From positions 44,088,013 to 44,152,012 of the forward strand of contig NC_083414.1 in the NCBI RefSeq assembly GCF_020745735.1: DNA of 64,000 nt, given 5' to 3'. Of the stretch, positions 38,335 through 49,715 are shown piece by piece. Position numbers and translations under genes: made by a program. Below the pieces are notes generated by a model that ran no database searches, had not been told where the DNA came from, and saw only the letters and a program-made list of their open reading frames with translations. This stretch comes from Hemiscyllium ocellatum. Taxonomy: Eukaryota. Each line of letters opens with the position of its first letter. Position 1 is the first letter of the stretch.

Positions 38335-39560
38335 GGACAGAGTCAGCGTGGATTTATAAATTGATAAATCATGCTGGAATTTTGAAGATGTAACGAACAG
38401 AGTTGACAATGGGGAGTGAGTGATATAGTTTACTTGGACTTCTTGAAGGCTTTTGATAAGGTCCAATATAAGCAAATGGGATTGGGATAATGTTCTGATA
38501 TGAATAGAGAGCTAGTTGGCAGACAAGAAAGAGTAGGAATAAATGGATCATTTCCTGAGTGGCAGCCAGTGGGTGGTGGGGTAGAACAGGCATCGGTGCT
38601 TGGCCCCAACTATTCACATTGTATATTAATGACTTAGATGACAAAACTAAATGTCAATATCTCCAAGTTTGAGAACAACACAAAGCTGGGTGGGAGGGTG
38701 AAACTGTGAGCAAGGTACAGAGATGATTCAGTGTGTTTTGGACAATTTGAATGTATGGGTAAATGCATGGCAGTTGATGTATAATGTGGATAAATGTCAA
38801 GTTATCCATTTTGGTTACAAAAACAGGTGGTCAGATTATTACCTGAATGGTGATCGATTGAGAAAGGGCAGGATGCAATAGAACTTGGGTGTCCTTGTAT
38901 ACCAGTGCTGAAAGTAAACCAGTAGATGCAGCAGTTGGTGAAGCAAGCAACTTGTATGCTGGTCTTCACAGTGAGAAGATAAAATACAGGAGTATTTAAA
39001 TCTTTTTCTGAGACCATAACTGGAGGATTATGTGCTGTTTTGGTCTTCTTATCTGAGAAAAGATGACATGGCTATATGGAAAATACAATGAAAATTTATC
39101 AGACTGATTCCTGGGATAGCAGGATAGATATATGAAGAGAGACTGAATTGGTTGGGATTATATTCATTAGCGTTTAGAACAAGGGAGAGAGGTTTTATCA
39201 AAGCTATAAAACTGTAAACAGGACTAGACAGAATAAATGCAAAAATAGTCTCAATGATCAGGAGTCCAGGACCAGGGGTTAAAGACTAAGGATGTGCAAA
39301 ATGAGGCCATTTAGCATTTAGGACTGGATGTTGTTAAATTTCTACACCTGGAGAGTGGTGAGTCTGTGGAATTTTCTGCTACAGAAAGTGGTTGAAGCCA
39401 AAACATTAAAAATTTTCAAGATATACCTTTTAGGACTAAAGGGATTAAATGGGGAGAAAATGGGGATATCATGCTGAATTAGATAATGAGTAATCATCAT
39501 GCTGAATGATGGGGCAGGCTCAAAGGGCTGAAGGGATATTTCTGATCTTTGTTTTGCTTC
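38335..39560 (+). mobile_element. Decayed CR1 ORF2 3' part
   Basis: YLDFLKAFDKV; SVLGPQLFTLYINDLDD; MYNVDKCQVIHFG; RVVSLWN; CR1-type 3' UTR. Confidence 0.85.
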
Positions 39561-39581
39561 TATATTTCACACAAATACCAG

Positions 39582-40290
39582 AATGACCATCTCCAATAAG
39601 AAAGTATTAAACTATTTAATGGAAATACAATTGCTGAGTTCTTCACGATCAACATCCTTGGGGCTACCATTGGCCTGAAACTGAACTGGACAAGCGATAT
39701 GAATACTGTGGCTAGACAACCAAGTCAGAGGCAGGAAATTCAGTGGCGCATTACTCATCTCCTGGCTCCCCAAAGCCTGTCCACCATTTACAAGGCATAA
39801 GTCAGCATTGTGACAGAATGCTATTCACTTGTCTGGATTTGTGAAGCTTTTGTCATAATCAGGAATCTTAACAGCAATTAGGACAAAGCATTCTACTTGA
39901 TTGACACCCCACGCACTACATTCAAAATCCACTCTCTTTACCACTGTTGAATTGCAGCAGTGGTGGGTAACATCAGCTGGACGTACTAGCATGGAGCAGT
40001 TCACCACGTCTTCTTTGAAGGCACTTCTGAAGCTTTTGAATTCTACCACCTTGAAGAACATGGGCAGGGAATACATGGGATACATAAATTCCCCTCCAAT
40101 TCACACATTACCCTGACCTGCAAGTGTATCACAGTTCATTTAGTATCACCGGCAATAATCCTTGCTGACAGCACTGCGGGTTACCTAATGCCACATAGCC
40201 ATTCAAAAACACAACACATTTTCTCAAGGGCAATTAGAGATGGGCAACAATATTAACCTAGCCAGTGGCATCCACATTATCTGAAAGAAT
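39582..40290 (+). mobile_element. 3' part of the CR1/L2-group LINE family of 13955-16965
   Basis: INILGATIGLKLNWTS...LSTIYKA*V; tail AAGGGCAATTAGAGATGGGCAACAAT...GCATCCACAT. Confidence 0.8.
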
Positions 40291-42507
40291 TTTAAAAAGT
40301 TAAAATTTGAGATTTCTTACAACCAAATTCATTTTTAGATGATAAGTTGTTAATCTGACTCATAGCTCACTCTAACGAGTATTGACTAGATATATTTAGG
40401 GGTCATCACTGCACTGTCCTTGGATGCATGTACTCTGCAGAATGTCAACACACTCCTTCAGAAGCCAAAGCTTTGGTCTTAACCTTGCCAGGAAATCTGC
40501 AATGGATTTTTAAACACTGCTAAGATGTACAAAAAGGAAAGATAAGAAAAAGATATCTGGATTGAAAGAAACAAGTTACAGAAGTTCACTTATGGATCAG
40601 TGCTATTGACCCCAGTTATCTGCGTTTCATAATACAGTGCATAATAAACCAACTGAAGCTATGTATCTTGTGCAAGCTAAGTTTCACCCACATCAATTAT
40701 ATTGATGTATAGTTTATTGCAGGAATTAAGAATCATGATTAATTTGCTTCTCATGAATTCTTAGATTATTTTCTACTTGTGTCTTGTTACAACTCTTGTG
40801 CTATCTTTGAAGCAAGACTGCCCTTAGGATGAGCATGAAAATGTCAAAAGCTAATGTCTTTTGTTTAAATGTGTCCTTGCAAAGAGTGAAATCTTGAACA
40901 AAATAAAACAGATTATAACTATTAATGGTTGATAAGCCATAACATTGATATTACCTTTAAAATGATATGTAATTTGCCCATTTTTCATTCGTATTTTAAT
41001 AAATTGACATGTTTTGCTTCAATCTTGAATTATAAAACCTTTATTTCACACTTCTTATTTCCAGATAGATGACAATTAAATGAACACTGATAGTAAATTC
41101 TCATTGGTTTTAAATTTTTCATTGAGTAATGATGTTTTTACATCATCTCAAATTTCCTTTTGTCCGGTAAATCTGTTTATGACATTAGGCAGTGTTGTGT
41201 AGCTAACGCTGATACTGTGGAAACCTTGAAGTCTGTAAATGACATACATTACACTTCCTGCACAGCCTGTCTCATGGTGGGAAGACTGCTAGCATGGGGA
41301 TATTGTTTGTTCACCATGAGAATAGGGCTTGGCTGCTTTCTGCCTCATTCTCCTCTCAATCACTCAAGCCTCCCACACTGCAAGTGTACATCTAAGGGCC
41401 CTTTCTCTGTTCCAGCCATCCGTTTGCTTTATTTCCAGTCATAGTACTTTTAGGCAACTTCACTGCCAACCTCACCCCCTCCCCCTCCCGTTTAAGAATG
41501 ACAGACTACGTTTAAGATCTGGAGACTTATTGCTTACTTCAATGGGACTGTGTGCCAGGCAGATTGTGAATCTCAACTCACTTCTTGAAAATGGATGCAG
41601 ATGCATTTTCAGCTGTTTCATTGTTTTGTTTTATTTTAAAGGTTATCAAATCTCCATTTGTATTTGGCTTCAAGACTTTTGATATTTTCATTTGTTTTTG
41701 CCTTGAATTGGTAAACCAATTGCACAGTTTAATGATACCTTATCAATTTAAAGAAGGTCACACAAAGTTTTTGGATACCATAGTGTAAATCCCTGACCGA
41801 GAGTATGAATATATTTTGGCAAGTGGTGGGTTTCTTTGAGTATTGGCAGGTCCAGGAGAATGGCTTTGGCCTTGAAACAAATAATTCGTTAATTTTCAAA
41901 ATTCACTCTGTCCTGCTGAAACACCCAGCAACAAAGGGATTCAGATGTCAGAAGAGTTTGTATTGCTGTAAGACAACAGGAAATTTTAGGAAGAAGCCTT
42001 TTGCCTATGCTTACCTAGTAGCCAAAACACTTAATTCTAGTTTGTTGTCACATAAACCGCAAGATCTCAGGTTCTTGTTCTACTGCCTCTGTGAGTTCTT
42101 GCACAGGATTTTCAGTTGTTGATGAGGAAGGGAATGGATTCACAATTTCTGTTCCTTGGAAGATGGCACTGTATCCTGCTGCTTCTGGGACAATTTGCAA
42201 AGGAGAGAGGGAAAACTGGTGTGCAACCAATAGTCAGCTCCTTAATTCTTTAAGGGGCTTGTTAATGTTTGGTGCAGCATGATGTTTTTAATCATTATTT
42301 CACCAATCCAAACTGTAGCTGTCTGTTCTGCTAAGCTAAACCTGGTGAATTAGAGTTCAGTTACATTTGGTTTCCACCTTTATTTTCATCCTTACTGGTG
42401 CTAGTGTCAGTGCTGGGCACCCATATATCCTTCATGGCCACAATAGTCCAGCAGAACTACTAGCTCTGTATGAAGCTCCCTCCACTCCCTGGCAAATCTA
42501 AGGCAGC

Positions 42508-42733
42508 TGAAAATGTGTTGCTGGAAAAGCGCAGCAGGTCAGGCAGCATCCAAAGAGCAAGAGAATCGATGTTTTGGGCATGAGCCTTTCTTCAGGCATG
42601 CCCGTTCCTGAAGAATGGCTCATGCCCGAAACGTCGATTCTCCTGTTCTTTGGATGCTGCCTGACCTGCTGCGCTTTTCCAGCAACACATTTTCAGCTCT
42701 GATCTCCAGCATCTGCAGTCCTCACTTTCTCCC
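42508..42733 (+). mobile_element. Fold-back mini-PLE insertion A (inverted + direct pLTR, hammerhead at the centre)
   Basis: TSD CAAATCTAAGGCAGC at 42493-42507 and 42734-42748. Arms ~42505-42596 and ~42607-42698 are reverse complements. Core is CTGAAGA (42608) ... GAAACGTC (42628-42635). Confidence 0.93.
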
Positions 42734-42774
42734 CAAATCTAAGGCAGCCCCAAGTATGACCACTACCTGCCTTT

Positions 42775-42993
42775 TAGGAGAAAGTGAGGACTGCAGATGC
42801 TGGAAATCAGAGCTGAAAATGTGTTGCTGAAAAAGCGCAGCAGGTCAGGCAGCATCCAAGGAGCAGGAGAATCAACGTTTCGGGCCTGAGCCCTTTTTCA
42901 GGAAGAAGGGCTCATGCCCAAAACATTGATTCTCTTCTCCTACTCTTTGGATGCTGTCTGACCTGCTGCGCTTTTCCAGCAACACATTTTCAG
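42775..42993 (-). mobile_element. Fold-back mini-PLE insertion B
   Basis: TSD CACTACCTGCCTTT at 42761-42774 and 42994-43007. Inverted arms meet at the hammerhead core (~42900). Orientation is opposite to A. Confidence 0.93.
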
Positions 42994-43165
42994 CACTACC
43001 TGCCTTTGACTTGTAAAGACTGCAAATGGTTATTTTCTTGTAATTTTTTTGTTGATGGACTAAAATGGGGAAAAGGATTGCTTTAAAATACAAGGACTAT
43101 AGAAGGATTGTTGCACCTTTCTTTTCAAAGCAAATAACCTGGCACCCAGTTGAGAAATGGTTGCT

Positions 43166-43282
43166 TGACCTGAAATGTTAATTCTGATTTCTCTCCACAG
43201 ATGCTGCCAGACCTGCTGACCTTTTCCATCAATTTCTGTTTTTGTTTCTGATTTACAGCATCTGCAATTCTTTTGGTATTTA
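43166..43282 (+). mobile_element. PLE pLTR fragment (third family)
   Basis: GACCTGAAATGTTAATTCTGATTTCTCTCCACAGATGCTGCCAGACCTGCTG...; reverse complement of 58542-58679 and 52994-53091. Confidence 0.85.
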
Positions 43283-43464
43283 CATGCTAATTACACAACT
43301 GTTTGTTCAAGTGGTGAGAAAAGCCTACTTACAGATACCTGGAACTATAGGGCTCGTACAAATGGAGATTTAGTCAGCAACAAGTAGTTGATTGGTCTGT
43401 GGACTATTGACAATTTATGAATGATAAAAGCTTCCTGTCTGCCAATATCTATGTGAGTGGCTCA

Positions 43465-44067
43465 AATATGGACAAGACTCCCTCAAAATTTATTAAAGAG
43501 ATAGACTAAAAGTTTTTCTTACTTTGAAGGCAAGTGCTAGGCGTTTTGTTCTGGATGCAATTCGATTGATCAAACTGACAGATTTGATGCAAAACACATG
43601 TTATTCATTCACTATAGTTAACATACAACAAATGAAAGAGGAAATTGGAATAACTTAACTCAATTGGAAACTTAACAGAATACTAGATTATTTTACTATC
43701 AAACATTAACTGTTCCAACATCCTGCAAAGAAACCCTTGACAAAGGCAAATTCAGAAAAAAACAGATTGTCTTACATTCAATTCTAGCTGCAGGAAAACA
43801 CGAAGAGAAAACTCTGAGAGAGTGTAGCAGGGAGAAATATATTGCAGCTTCCAAACCATGAGACCCCAGCAACAACTGCTACTGAAATGAAACATCCTGG
43901 TTCTGTGTGAATTTAACTCCACCCATTCAGGCTGCTTCTATCGTTCAAACTATTAGAAAAATCCAAAATATCACAACTTGTTTACTTTACAAATTTTCAA
44001 TAGATTGCTTGGCACCCTTTCTTAAAAAAAGTACAAAATACACCTCTAAAGCCATAGTATCGTCACA
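43465..44067 (-). mobile_element. Solo LTR (family A)
   Basis: Minus strand starts TGTGACGATAC...AGAGGTGTATTTTGT and is colinear with 57005-57617; ~600 bp. Confidence 0.7.
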
Positions 44068-44435
44068 GTTCTCAGATGGATGAACAGCTGAGGGGTGTGA
44101 ATGTTTTAGCACAAGCAATCAGATCTCTAGAAGGGAAGAAGCTGTGTTTCTGTTCTGCAGTAAAAAGCATCTCAAGCCTGAATATAGTCAGTTTATTTCC
44201 CCTCATCTGTTGTTGTAAGCTGAGGATTTTAATTACTAAGTCACAGATCTTTATAAAGTGTGAACCCATGATCCAGTGCCTCATGCAAACAAGTGAATGT
44301 ATCTGAAGAGTAAAGATCAACAAACAGCATTCTGATCAGCAAAAAGATTACCGCAGGAAACACTGTGGACCACCAAACCATTCTTTTTTTAAAAAACTGT
44401 TTGAATTTGTGTGCAGAGGAGGGACTTTATCAGTT

Positions 44436-45746
44436 TTAACTAGTAGATTTAAGCATCAGTGTTTCTCTGTAACTAGGATCGACTTATTTGTAATAAATAG
44501 TCAGCCATTCTTGTTTTCTGTCAACTCCTCAAAATACAAATAAATTGAGGAATGTTGTATACTTTTTAAAAAAGTTTTTACTTTTGTGACAACTCTGAGA
44601 ATAGTGGGGCTCGACTTCATCACATTACCTCCATAAAGCATGTCAGCTTTTAGTTTTCACTGCTGGTGGATGCTCATTGTCAGTAATTGCTTGCATGCTT
44701 GATCATGTCCTCAATGTTGAAGACACTTCCGGCATCTTCTGAGTCACAAACAGGGTGAAGCAATGTCAGCTTCTACCTACTCCTGCCTGATGTTCTCTAC
44801 CATGTTTTCTCATGCTAGGTTAATGAATGTGGCATTAACATTAGCTCAACTAGACATGGTAAAATCTTCAAATGAAAGGAAGTACAAGCCAAAGCAAAAG
44901 TGCCTAAAGCTGTGATTTGCAACTTGTATTTCATTGGTGACTATGCCTTAATTTCATGCTCAGAATTATAAATGTTCACAGCGTGAATCTGCATGTGATA
45001 ACTTCAATCTTACGATTGGTTGCAAAAGGACGAATCCGGCTCAGCTTGACTCAGAAAGTACAATGTGAAGCTAACTATTGTATTCAATGGTCTTGGAGCA
45101 GTTGACAGTTTTACCTGCTTTAGCAGAAATTCCTCAGTGTAGTTCACATTGGAAATGCCAAAATAGCTAAGCAAGCGATACCTTTGGCAAGTTATGTAAA
45201 GCTGCCTGAAAATGAAGAGAAATTAGTCTCTCAACAGGAGTGAAATTCCACAGAGCCATTGTCCTTTTCACTTTTTTGTACCCTTGTGAGATGTGAACAA
45301 TTCATTCCAAACATTGCAATAAGTTGTACCTCCTAACTTGCAGACAGTACTCAAGATTATATGACAACGTTAAATTCCTAATACTGAGATTCTCCCTCTA
45401 GCCAGAATGTGCAGCATCCACAACCCATAATGTAGAATGCAAATAAGATGACTGAGAGATTTTGTCAAATTGCCTGATAAGCTTCCCAAAGAAGCATTTC
45501 TATAGTGAATTAATAGTAGGGAACTATTAACTAGTAGATTTAAGCATCAGTGTTTATCTGTAACTAGAATTGATTTATTTGTAATAAATAGTCAGCCATT
45601 CTTGTTTTCTGTCAACTCCTCAAAATACAAATAAATTGAGGAATGTTGTATACTTTTTAAAAAAAGTTTTTACTTTGTGACAACTCTGAGAATAGTGGGG
45701 CTCAACTTCATCACACTACCTCCATAAAGCATGTCAGCTTCTAGTT
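44436..45746 (+). repeat. 220-bp direct repeat pair (44436-44655 and 45527-45746)
   Basis: TTAACTAGTAGATTTAAGCATCAGTG...CATGTCAGCTT(T/C)TAGTT occurs twice with few differences; offset 1091 bp. Confidence 0.95.
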
Positions 45747-47480
45747 GAAGGCCAGAAAATGCATTTCATGGGCTTACTGAATATCTGATGGAAGAGTGAT
45801 AAATTCACACTAGGAGACCTTTGCATTGCTCTATACAGTGCAGTATCATTAGCATGGTGTCACTTCCTATCAGCAAAACAGTTACAATGACCAATGGGAA
45901 ATCTGTATTTGCAAATTTAGAACTGGGAGCACCTAGTTAACACCTATAATTCATGTGTGTCCAATATATACACCAGATCTCTTTCTCTGCTCAGTTGAGA
46001 CTGATTATTCATTGTCACTCACATTTGTGTCTGAAACATAAGACTCTCAATGAATTCTAATTGACGCCATGGTCAATATTGACTACAAAAGGACAAGCAT
46101 ACAAGAGAATGGGGCATACAGGAAGCCTGGATCTTCCTAGAATTCGCAGTTATGTAATAATGGCAGAATAGATTCACAATGTCAAAATTGGGATGCTATT
46201 GCATTTATATAAATAAGTAGAAATTTTTACCTTATCTTGTGAACTCAAAATATTTAAATACATATCTTTGAAACGATTATCAAAATTATCTGGAGACTCA
46301 GTGTGAGTGCCATTGCAGTAACAACTGAACACAATTTGATGAGTTCTGAAAAAGAAGCAATGGTGTTATGTATACAATTTTGCAGAACGCATAACACTTG
46401 GATCTTTCATATAACTCTCTGTACAATTTGTCAAAATAAATTAATGTAAAAAGCTGTAGCTACAGCATTGATATATAGCTTCCCACATTAAAAACTAATT
46501 ACAAGGCAACATCTGTTACCAGCGATTGGGAATCAGCTGGCATAGGAAGGAAGAACTCACAAACTTATTCCTTGACACCAGCTGCTACTGTGGCAAACTC
46601 ACTGTTCAAAAGCAACTGGATATGAAGTCAGTCACTCACTTAGCTGAAATAACTTGGACAACTTATACCAGCTGAATGAGACCTCATTGTTTTCAAAAGG
46701 AGCTACTTCTTTGTTTCACAAGTTTTAGCTATTCTGCTTTTGGTTTTAAGTTTAAGGTCATTGAGAAAATGACTGTTTAATTAATTTCTAAGTGGTGTCC
46801 ATCTGAGCTAAATTAATAAAAATTGAAATCTCACTATGCTACAAAATAAGCTCATTTTAGCACAGACACTGTACATCAAATTACATATTAGCTCTCTTTC
46901 ATAAATCTAACTGAGAACCAATCAAAGGACTTGAGCTTTGTGAAATATTTCTCTCTTTACAATAGGAAAGTGAAAACCTTCCAGAAAGTCAAACTCAAAG
47001 GAGTACAGACACTGTCTTTTTTTTCAAAAAAGTTAGATTTTTGATTGTACGCTGAAATAGAAAAAGAGTACTTTAAAACCCAAAGATTAATGAAAGATTG
47101 TTGCATTTTTTAAAAAGCAAGTAACCTGGCATTCATTGTAAGCACTATCCATGTAGTTGCTTGTTCAAGCAGTACTGGAAGCCTAGGTTGTAGATTATCT
47201 GGAGCCAATGGTTGTGTATGCAAGGAGCTTTGGCTGGCAACAAGTAGCTGATTTGTTGTAGACTAGTGACCAGTTATTGATGGTTATGACCTTCTGTCTG
47301 TCAACAACTATGTGATTGGTTTTCAGGTTGCTGAACCATTTGGGGGTGTGAATATTTTAACAGAAGTAATTGGATCTCTGGAAGGGAAAGAATCGTGTTT
47401 CAGCTCTGAAGTTGAAAGCATCTCAAGTCAGTTTATTTCCCCACATCAGATGCTGTAAGCTAGGACCTGTAGGTAATAAG

Positions 47481-47600
47481 GCAAAAGTAAGGACTGCAGA
47501 TGCTGTGGTGCTGGCAAAGCACAGCAGGTCAGGCAGCATCTGAGGAGCAGGAGAGTCGACATTTCAGGCAAAAGATCTTCATCAGAATCAGGAATACTCC
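47481..47600 (-). mobile_element. Mini-PLE (single pLTR) insertion with TSD
   Basis: TSD CCTGTA(G/A)GTAATAAG at 47466-47480 and 47601-47615; pLTR running to the hammerhead core (CTTCATCAG). Confidence 0.9.
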
Positions 47601-47802
47601 CCTGTAAGTAATAAGTCAGAAATCTTTAGAACTGTGAACCAGTTATTCTGTTTCTCCTGTAAATAAGTGAAAGTACCTCTAGAAGGAAGACTGAGACCTA
47701 GGTTCTGATCAGACAGGGAATTACCTCAGCAAACCCTGTGACAGGGACCTCTGAACTATCTTCCCAATCTTTCCCTCCACCTATAACATCCACCTTTTCT
47801 GG

Positions 47803-47803
<1 letters not shown>

Positions 47804-47853
<50 letters not shown>
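47804..47853. repeat. (TG)n(TA)n microsatellite
   Basis: TG repeat 47804-47840 followed by TA repeat to 47853. Confidence 0.97.
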
Positions 47854-48134
47854 GAGGAGGACTTTTAAGTGTGTTAGAGTTTTAATTCGCGGTGTTATAT
47901 GTTTGCATTTTAGAAATGTAATTATAATCTATTTATTTTGTAAGTAATAGTAATTCTTGTTAAGTATAAAGGTCTGGTCCTGGCTTTCAGTCATCCTGGA
48001 TAAAAAAAAACAGGTAAATTGTGGAATTTTATGTACTTTCTAAAATCTGTAATCTTGTGATGAATTCAGGAGTAGCAGGGCCTGATGTCCAGAGCACTAA
48101 CCCCGTGAGCTATAGCAAAATACTAAGATCACTA

Positions 48135-49115
48135 TTCTCCACTCTTCTTCTTAAGCAGTCCTTCAGAACTGAGCAAATCTTCCACTCTGGTTTGATGGGT
48201 CTGAGAAGGCTGAGAGATCCAATGTACAATCTGCAGTCACTGTCACATGTGGAACAAATGGTATTTTTACGAGGATGTTGCCTGATATGGAAGTTGCTAG
48301 CTATGAAGAGAGGTTGAGTAGGTTAGGTTTATCTTCACTAGAAAAAAAGAGATTGAGGGGGGACCTGTTTGAGGTTTACGAAATCATGTAGGTATAGACA
48401 GGGTGGATAGAGGTGAAGGATTCAATAACGAGAGGTCATGCTTTCAAGGTGAGAGGTGGAATGTTTAAGGGGGATACATGCAGCAAGTACTTCACACAGA
48501 GTGTGGTGGGCATTTGGAATGCGTTGCCAGCAGAGGTCGTAGAGGGAGACACAATAGATTCATTTAAGATGCGTCTGGACAGATGCATGAGTAGGTGGGG
48601 AGCAGAGGGATACAAATGCTTAGAAATTGACCAATAGGTTTAGACAGTACATTTGGATTGGCTCAGGCTTAGAGGGCCAAAGGACCTGTTCTTGGGCTGT
48701 AAATTTTCTTTGTTCTTTGAAAAGTCAGTGGAAGAATGTAGGTTGTCCTCACTATCTTTGATGCTTCAACTTTGAGAAACTTAGTCACAATGGTGCAAAG
48801 GCAATGTGCTCAATGCCTTCTTAAATGCCCTTCCTTACTTTGATTAGTCACAAGTTAGGGAATTCCCCTGAGTCAATGGGGACATTGGTCTCTTCAGGGA
48901 TGCTTTGATGAGATCACTAAAATATTTTGCTGTATTCCTGGGGGTCTCCTGTCATGATGGAGTTCCAAATGGACCACTTGCTTTGGGAGCATAGTGTTTC
49001 ATTTAGGAATGAAATATCCCAACCAGCAGTGCTGAGTATGAGTGATTAGCACCTCAATGCTGGATCCATTCACTTGGGAATGAATACTTCTGTTGGATAG
49101 ACTTCCTTCCTACTA
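48135..49115 (-). mobile_element. RTE (BovB-like) LINE 3' part, interrupted by CR1
   Basis: Minus strand: LPKQVVHLELHHDRRPPG (cf. RLPKQLLYSEL..GRR..GG); C-terminal zinc finger ICSTCDSDCRLYIGSLSLLR; tail GGACTGCTTAAGAAGAAGA. Confidence 0.7.
48262..48719 (+). mobile_element. CR1 3' fragment nested in the RTE
   Basis: TRMLPDMEVASYEERLSRLGLSSLEKKRLRGDLFEVYEI; TRGHAFKVRGGMFKGD...YFTQSVVGIWNALP; CR1 tail. Confidence 0.92.
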
Positions 49116-49715
49116 TCGTTGTATTATTCTCAACTAATATAACATATCAGTTGATATTTTAAAGGTGAAATTTGCAATTGTTCTTTACTTAGAAACACAT
49201 TGATTTCCTGTAAACCTCTAATGTACAATAAATCAATAAGACAGAATATTGTCAAGGACTGGGAAGACTGGATCTGGTACTGTGACTCTACTGTGATTCA
49301 AAACCATATTGAATTAACTAGGAATCATCAACCTTGGCCACATTGTCAGGTGTAGCACTGTGTAAAATTGTGGGGTTGGTCAAGGAAGAAATCAGATTTG
49401 TGTGGTTTGGAGAGAGAACTTTATTTTATGACAGAAGCTGTTGTTATAGCAGGTTAATGGCTAAAATAAAGAGGGATAACTGACTTCCCCAAGTAGGATT
49501 ACTAGACTACAAGAAAGAATGCAAAATCTAGGGAATATTGCAAGAAGTAAGGCAACATCTTGGAGTAACATATCTGACCAGAAAGGGAAGAACTGCTGGC
49601 TTGATTCCACACTCCATTTTTAATCTCACGATTTTGGGGTGAAGTTTTGCAGGATTTATTCCTCCTGATGGGGTATGTACAGACATAGGGTAGGTCACTA
49701 AGATTCTTAAATTTC

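Larger units (their letters stand above)
43010..44645 (+). mobile_element. Old LTR-like repeat (family B), interrupted by a pLTR and a solo LTR
   Basis: Colinear similarity with ~46960-48117: GATTGTTGCA..AAAGCAA.TAACCTGGCA; GCAACAAGTAG.TGATT; GGGGTGTGAAT.TTTTA; AAAGCATCTCAAG; GTCAGTTTATTTCCCC. Confidence 0.55.
46960..48117 (+). mobile_element. Old LTR-like repeat (family B), second copy
   Basis: Colinear with 43010-44645; ends ...GTGAGCTATAGCA; the left edge is uncertain. Confidence 0.55.

Noticed and set aside
42493-43007. Repeat cluster as a CRISPR array or DNA-transposon MITE
   Set aside because: No repeat-spacer periodicity; the arms are PLE pLTR sequence, are asymmetric, and have 14-15 bp TSDs.
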